Source: Candidatus Saccharimonadales bacterium (lineage in GTDB: Bacteria; Patescibacteriota; Saccharimonadia; Saccharimonadales; UBA10212). From it: a stretch of 64,000 nucleotides of DNA. The stretch lies in assembly GCA_035480715.1 (NCBI GenBank), contig DATIHL010000015.1, positions 72,384 through 136,383 on the forward strand, read 5' to 3'. Below are positions 59,601-64,000 of the stretch, one piece after another; the first letter of the stretch is position 1; each line of letters starts with the position of its first letter. The notes under the pieces were generated by a model. It did not search any database, had not been told where the DNA came from, and was given only the letters and a program-made list of their open reading frames with translations. Position numbers and translations under genes: made by a program.

Positions 59601-62600
59601 CTCCAATTGTCACACCGGTGGCTGTTGTAGTGCCGACGTTCAGTCCACCGGTTATGGAATCGATCAACGGCGTGGTGAAGCTAGTGTTCGCCCGGCCAGT
59701 GCCGGAAATTCTAAAGTCAGCTGTTTGGTCGGCCGTATTCTGGTTTTCTATTGATGCACCACCCGCGCCAGCAAATTGCCACGAGTCACCGCCGTTAGTA
59801 TTTGACCAGATTAATGTACCGGTACTGCCCGGAGGAATTCTGATACCAGCAATCGTAAAGTAATTACCCGCTGCAGCTATGTTTGCTATATAAATCGTGC
59901 GGCCGTACGATGTGCTCGCTGTAGGTGTGGGTATCGTATAGGCTCTAGCTGATGCCGTTGGAGCGATACTAAAGCTTGTATAAATATCTACAGTAGAAGC
60001 AGCTGAGCCGATTGAACCTGCGGCTAAATCTCCCAGAGCCAGGGTACTATTAAGTGTAGCGCCGTTATTAGTCAGCACGCCCGAGCCAGCGGCATTACCC
60101 AGAGTAGTATTCGCGTTTCTGACTGTAAACGTACCAGTGGTAGCACCCATAGAGATAGATGTGGCTGCTTGCAGCAATGTAACAGTTGTGGCAGTAGAAT
60201 TGAACAGCCCTAACGTCGATTGGTTAGTAGCGACTGTGGCGGCATTAAGATTAATATTACCGCTGCCAGACTGGATGGTGGTGGCTGAGGTACCGCTCGT
60301 CGAACCAAGTACAGTCGAATGGTCGGTGCTGTTATTACCAAATCCACAGGTACCGGTACCACACTGGATGGATACAGCACTGGTAGTGCCAGTAGCGCCG
60401 ATAGTGATGGTACCGCCGGAGCCTTGGGTTATGCTAATGGCACTGGCGCCGGTGCCACCCTGGATGGTGGTTGCGCTGGTGCCTAGTAGATTACCGATTA
60501 CAATGGTATCAGTCGAAGAAGCTGTGGCATTATTGCCAATATTAATAGTTTGGGCTATCGCATTGGCAGTATTACCTACTTGAACAGTGTTAGCCGCATT
60601 AGCCGTAGCGATGTTGATGGTACCGGATGTAGCGGATTGGATAGAGACAGCGCCAGAAGAATTGCCGCCTTGCACGGTGACAGTAGAGGCCGCCGCGTTG
60701 TTAGAGCCGATGGTTATAACAGAGGTATTAGTGCTAGTAGCACCAGCACCTATGGCGATGCTATGAGATGTCGAGGAATTGCCAATAGCGATAGAATTGG
60801 CGCCTGTGCCGGCATCTACAGTTACTGCATTACCAGCATTACCGTTAGAACCTAGCGTTACTGTTTGGGTCGAGTTAGCGCTGGTATCGGCAATATGTAT
60901 AGTTGTATCTTGGGCTGTCGAGCCAACAGATCCAATATTGATCGTTTTACTGGCTACGGCATTAGTTCCCAAATTAATTGTTCCCGAAGCAGCCGTTTGC
61001 AGTGCTAGTGTTCCAAAGGCCTGAATGGTAGTGTTACCGCTGGTTGCACCCGTAAAGGCACCGATGGTCACATTAGTAATGCCAGCGGCGGTGAGATTAC
61101 CGATATTAATAGCTTGAGTATTGCCGGTATTTGTAGAGCTCGTGCCAATTTGAACAGTATTAGCTACGGCATTACTTCCAACCCCAATAACACCACCGGA
61201 AGCTACTTGTAGGCCAAGGGTCGTGTTGCTGCCATTAACACCAGCCTGGAGGGTAAGCGTGGAAGTAGAAGCTGTCGAGCCAACAGTTGCAGTTTGGGCA
61301 GCATTGCCTGTAGCAAAGTTGGCTACTCGAGCCTGTGCACCTGTGCCGATATCAATCTGCCCAGTACCCGAAGAGATGGTAACCGTAGGGTTAGAAGTGC
61401 TATTGCCGATTTGGATAGCTTTGGCGTTGGTATTGCCAATATTAACTGTTGGCGTACCAGAAGTAGTTGTACCAGTGTCAATGGTAACATCTCCACCTAC
61501 CCCCGTGCTGCTAGCGTTACCAGAAGTAATTGAGATCGCACCTGATGTTCCTGATGTAACTGCCGCAGTTTGCAAACTTATACCGCCGGTTCCACCTTGC
61601 AAACTTAAAGAGCCGGCAGAATCACTGGTCTTAACCGTAAGATTACCTGAATCGGTCTGCCAGGTAGATGTACCGTGAGCCGTAACATTGAGCGTTTGGC
61701 TTGCTGCCGCACTTATGGAGTTTGTAGAAGCTGCCGTAAATGTTAACGCTGAAGATGTTAGCACGGTATTTCCGCCAATCTGATAAGACCCAGCTGTGGT
61801 GTTGAAATTGCCCGACCCTGTAACGGTCGTACCGCCGGAAATGCTGCCCACTAAAACTAAGTTGCCACTGGCATCAACGGCGAATTTTGAAGTTGGTGAA
61901 GCTCCAGCCTGCAGATCAATCAAATTCCCGGTTGGTGCCGCATTAGTATTTGAAGCAAATATTAAGGCATTGCCCGAACTTGGATTGCCAGATGCTGTGA
62001 CTTTGAGAGTATTACCAGTATTAGTACCGTTACTAAGGCTTAAAACAGTACCAGTTGAGGCACTGGAAGAGTTAGTGAAGCTATATAAAGTACCGGCGCC
62101 TGCAGCGGCTGAAGACGTATCTGTGGCATTCTTGGCCAAGTATGAGCCTGAGGCCTGGTAGCCGGTACAGACTGAACCGGTTGAGCACAATGTGCCGTTT
62201 TCGGCTGGTAGGTTTAGGGTGTATGCAGTACTGCTTGGAGTCAGGGGTACAAGGCTGATTGAACCTGTTTGGCCAGAGAAGTTGAACTTTAGATCACCGG
62301 TCACGCCAGATGCACCACTGTTGCCTAGCACAGCTATACCACCTGACGTATCAACAGATAGGATGTTCTTGGCACTGGTGTTTTGGACCTGCAAAGTGGT
62401 AGTGCCGTTACTAGCGGCCTTTAGGGTGGTGTCACCAAAGACCTTGGCCAGTTTGTCATTGCCATTGACGCCAAAGACTTCAGCATTACCACTAGATATA
62501 ACCTGGAAGGAGTCTTCACCGGTAACATCTGAACCATTTTTTACTACTACTCCGTGGGTGTTGTTGCCTTGCAGGAATATATTGCTGGTGGCTAAGATAA

Positions 62601-64000
62601 CGCCATTGTTGTCTAGGGACAAGACTGCTGTGCCGCCGGAGGCAGCAAAAGTAAAACCGGCATTACCAGTCCCGTCGCCGATTGAGACAGTATTACCTGA
62701 GGTGTCAACGTTGAGTAAATAATTTCCCCCAGAATTCTGCACTTGGAAAGCAGTTGTCGTATCGGCCGTATTTTTAAACAAACCAGCCCCATTAACAGTC
62801 AGATTGCCCGAACTATCGGTTGTGGGTGCGCTGCTAGCATCACCAGCTAGGCCAGTATCATCCAGAGTCAGACCTCTTACTGTGCCGATTAAACCGGTAG
62901 TACTGGGTGTACCCCCAGCAGTAATACGGTAAACTTTGTAAGACACCGCACCCGTTACGACACTCCAAGTCAGATGATTGTAAGTCGTAGAATTAAGAGT
63001 TGAGCCATCGCTGGCAGAAATAGATGTAGTGCCTGAGGCAGCCGTCTCACCGCCTGAAGCCGAGACAGCTGTAATCTTATATGACCAGTTGGTGGAGGTC
63101 GTACAGCCGGAAGCCGAAGTTACACATGTAATCGTTGGAGCACTAGGCGTAGATAATGCATTAATTGTTGTACCGCCTGATAGGCCACCAGCTAGGCTAA
63201 TTGCTCCTTGATAATACGAAGACCCAGTTACACTCAAATTACCGTTGGCTTGGAGACTTTGGCCGACTGATAGGCCGCCTTGAATATTGAAGTCGCCAGC
63301 CACTTGGCCATTAGAGTCTATTTGAAGTGTGCCAACCTCTGCGCCACCAGCTTCTAGTTGCTGCGTGTAGGCACCTCCCATGTCATAAGTTACAAGGGCA
63401 CTAGTGCTGTAGCTAGTTACATAAGCATAGCGGCCGTTGACCCAAACGTATTGGGGGTTGGATAAGCCAGCAGAAACCGTACCTATCGAAACCAGGTTAT
63501 AAGGGTTATATACATCAACAACATTAAGTGTTCCGCCCGAATTGCTAGCCACATAGGCATACCTGCCTTGTAAATACACCCCCTCGGCATTGCCAATACC
63601 TCCTATAGAACCTATTTGCGAGGGGCTAGCGGGATTACTGACATCAAAGCTTACCAAAGAGTTGCCTCCCCAGTTAGATACATAAGCGTAACGGCCCTGG
63701 ACATAGACACCGTAAGAATTATTTAGCCCAGTAGATATGTTGCTTACCTCTGTTGGGTTAGCGGGATTTGATACGTCAATAATCGTTAATGAACTACCGC
63801 CGTTGGCTATATAGGCATAACGGCCCTGGACGTATATATCCTGAGGTCCATTTAAACTACCGCTTATAGTACTAACCATGGTTGGGCTGGCGGGATTAGA
63901 TACGTCAAATGTAACCATGGTATTGGCTGAAACATCGACTACGTAAGCATAGCGGCCTTGGACATACACATCATACGGACGGAATAGGCCAGTAGATATA
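56632..64000 (-). CDS. giant cell-surface protein, 5'-truncated by the window (>2,445 aa): LVIVD-type beta-propeller repeats, FN3-like module, long Thr/Ser/Gly/Asn/Ala repeat region, CBM4/9-like domain, Cys-containing C-terminal domain
   Basis: The frame stays open to position 64000 (upstream of the track's M: ...YDVYVQGRYAYVV). The (Y/V)VQGRYAYV motif repeats at ~42 aa period over 63370-64000. The CBM-like segment runs NLVGNASFETDTTNW ... FYVDGVLLESG (about 57500-57950). Almost no charged residues across most of the length. Confidence 0.85.
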   Translation of the reverse strand, partial: ISTGLFRPYDVYVQGRYAYVVDVSANTMVTFDVSNPASPTMVSTISGSLNGPQDIYVQGRYAYIANGGSSLTIIDVSNPANPTEVSNISTGLNNSYGVYVQGRYAYVSNWGGNSLVSFDVSNPASPSQIGSIGGIGNAEGVYLQGRYAYVASNSGGTLNVVDVYNPYNLVSIGTVSAGLSNPQYVWVNGRYAYVTSYSTSALVTYDMGGAYTQQLEAGGAEVGTLQIDSNGQVAGDFNIQGGLSVGQSLQANGNLSVTGSSYYQGAISLAGGLSGGTTINALSTPSAPTITCVTSASGCTTSTNWSYKITAVSASGGETAASGTTSISASDGSTLNSTTYNHLTWSVVTGAVSYKVYRITAGGTPSTTGLIGTVRGLTLDDTGLAGDASSAPTTDSSGNLTVNGAGLFKNTADTTTAFQVQNSGGNYLLNVDTSGNTVSIGDGTGNAGFTFAASGGTAVLSLDNNGVILATSNIFLQGNNTHGVVVKNGSDVTGEDSFQVISSGNAEVFGVNGNDKLAKVFGDTTLKAASNGTTTLQVQNTSAKNILSVDTSGGIAVLGNSGASGVTGDLKFNFSGQTGSISLVPLTPSSTAYTLNLPAENGTLCSTGSVCTGYQASGSYLAKNATDTSSAAAGAGTLYSFTNSSSASTGTVLSLSNGTNTGNTLKVTASGNPSSGNALIFASNTNAAPTGNLIDLQAGASPTSKFAVDASGNLVLVGSISGGTTVTGSGNFNTTAGSYQIGGNTVLTSSALTFTAASTNSISAAASQTLNVTAHGTSTWQTDSGNLTVKTSDSAGSLSLQGGTGGISLQTAAVTSGTSGAISITSGNASSTGVGGDVTIDTGTTTSGTPTVNIGNTNAKAIQIGNSTSNPTVTISSGTGQIDIGTGAQARVANFATGNAAQTATVGSTASTSTLTLQAGVNGSNTTLGLQVASGGVIGVGSNAVANTVQIGTSSTNTGNTQAINIGNLTAAGITNVTIGAFTGATSGNTTIQAFGTLALQTAASGTINLGTNAVASKTINIGSVGSTAQDTTIHIADTSANSTQTVTLGSNGNAGNAVTVDAGTGANSIAIGNSSTSHSIAIGAGATSTNTSVITIGSNNAAASTVTVQGGNSSGAVSIQSATSGTINIATANAANTVQVGNTANAIAQTINIGNNATASSTDTIVIGNLLGTSATTIQGGTGASAISITQGSGGTITIGATGTTSAVSIQCGTGTCGFGNNSTDHSTVLGSTSGTSATTIQSGSGNINLNAATVATNQSTLGLFNSTATTVTLLQAATSISMGATTGTFTVRNANTTLGNAAGSGVLTNNGATLNSTLALGDLAAGSIGSAASTVDIYTSFSIAPTASARAYTIPTPTASTSYGRTIYIANIAAAGNYFTIAGIRIPPGSTGTLIWSNTNGGDSWQFAGAGGASIENQNTADQTADFRISGTGRANTSFTTPLIDSITGGLNVGTTTATGVTIGGTTNTSTITLQGAAGLSILLGNAAGFGTVTNNGATVNTTLALGDLSAGSIGSAASTVNIYSSFSIAPSASGRAYTIPTPTASTTYGRTIYIANIAATGNYFTISGIRIPPGSTGTLVWSNTNGGASWQFAGAGGASIENQNTSDQTADFRISGSGQANTSFTSALFDSVSGALSVGTSTATGVTIGGTTNTTSFTVQGAASATYTIGTSNNTGGITLGNSTATNTIAIGASAGNGNTQTINIGTSATSGSTTRVNIGSSIAGYTQVNGKLGVGTSSTPNETLQVNGAINIGTTTNTNAGTIRWTGTDFEGYNGSTWKSMTTQYLSVNPVVNQVKSSDQSVNNSTTLVSDTALKFSIGANETWNFRFVLSLVSAARTAGWKWHFDVPQSTTSCTWGYGDFENAKTESNIACSANQSPNNQAANNLSDEYELMGIIVNGSTAQTVTFQFAQASATVGNTTVQAGSFLQANRVLSAGDATLSAFVDDGNSFGATADLGTNDAYDLNLKTNGSTIATFSQSNGSALFKNSSNSTTGFQIQNTSGNNNLFLADTTNNNLVGNASFETDTTNWAINTGSGSVSSSSTAQIVGNKSLAINTSATTNAGAKYDTATLLSSSTNYALSFWARSGSGTVTIQAGRADNDTFAGESTCTLNNSSATTTWARYSCTFTTSTVTTGGYIFIRQSDSTARTPAFYVDGVLLESGSTVNSYYEGKLQFNGTVTNPVTFKNQADTTTGLQVQNSSGTAILTVDTSNANVIVGSGSTGETAGELLVLDSDSNSTFNAGTATNAPSTVINGAMFYSASDHNFMCGQAGSWLTCNGLLYSNTSIPAGNTIASCTTACAAFNSAAPIPANYCQAGRAIHIMAKGHWSNTNTPTLGMSVYYGTDATTRGNDTKIGVDTPAIAGANGASNQLWSLDFTIICFSTTSMNGQGIYNYQTTAASTTSLGSFPVVSTTSTTVTSTTAKNLYIYPTWGASASQNTVTLDQLIVTGN
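58987..60102 (-). repeat. in-frame tandem duplication (2 x 558 nt / 186 aa) inside the giant gene
   Basis: Unit starts: LGNAAGSGVLTNNGATLNSTLALGDLAAGSIGSAASTVDIY at 60102 and LGNAAGFGTVTNNGATVNTTLALGDLSAGSIGSAASTVNIY at 59544. The units are collinear and highly similar throughout. Confidence 0.85.

Noticed and set aside
57007-63211. About twenty plus-strand ORFs of 60-176 aa in the ORF track, antisense to the giant gene
   Set aside because: They are by-products of the biased, low-complexity codon usage of the minus-strand gene (Pro/Val/Ala/Leu-rich antisense frames). They lack SDs and do not tile sensibly.
58987-63969. Periodic nucleotide repeats that might be mistaken for a CRISPR array or satellite
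   Set aside because: They are in-frame coding repeats of the giant protein (126-nt LVIVD-type units; 558-nt duplication). They lack the short identical direct repeats and unique spacers of a CRISPR array.
1-64000. tRNA, rRNA, IS transposase, integrase and cas genes
   Set aside because: I scanned all intergenic gaps longer than 80 bp by eye for cloverleaf/T-loop (GGTTCGA-type) signatures and scanned the ORF track for DDE, tyrosine or serine recombinase motifs. None was found. A tRNAscan/Infernal run would be decisive.

Overview
Gene-dense 64-kb chromosomal window with about 70 protein genes, roughly three quarters on the minus strand. Most are housekeeping: glyQS, recO, rpmA, pyrG, an S41 protease, a PcsB-like CHAP hydrolase beside ftsEX, prfB, an M16 peptidase, secA, serS, a DEAD-box helicase, msrA, an ABC exporter, class I lysS, greA, proS, a CPBP protease, rseP, frr, tsf, rpsB, rpmE, prfA, prmC, htrA, an LCP protein, lepB and parBA. 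The window ends in a surface-protein gene of more than 2,445 codons that runs off the right edge. I recognised no rRNA, tRNA or CRISPR array. Several traits fit a reduced-genome, Gram-positive-type lineage such as Patescibacteria/CPR (Saccharibacteria-like): shortened core proteins (154-aa EF-Ts, 422-aa ProRS), class I LysRS, no pyrH in the rpsB-tsf-frr cluster, and the giant low-charge adhesin-like protein. That assignment is inference only. Four things stand out. (1) Three short high-GC islands sit in a lower-GC background, each with its own promoter and/or GC-rich hairpin terminator. One is a ~1-kb unit between prfB and ftsE, bounded by 12-bp direct repeats and a 13/14 inverted repeat, encoding a protein with an RpoA-alphaCTD-like C-terminus. 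One is a 137-aa membrane-protein gene. The most striking is a plus-strand operon of six translationally coupled mini-ORFs (30-79 aa, hydrophobic helix plus basic tail) sitting where pyrH normally lies. (2) Four families of repeated intergenic elements occur: an 18-bp palindrome TACTTAAC-NN-GTTAAGTA (5 full copies plus half-sites) and three structured-element families (X, Y, Z) with compensatory changes between copies. (3) A ~300-nt non-coding transcript candidate is defined by a promoter and a terminator, inside a 750-bp non-coding hub. (4) Accessory genes include a candidate modification-dependent nuclease, a histidine-kinase-like protein lacking the phospho-accepting His next to an intact receiver, and an orphan Cas4-like nuclease. 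All functional calls rest on motif reading by eye; no database search was possible.
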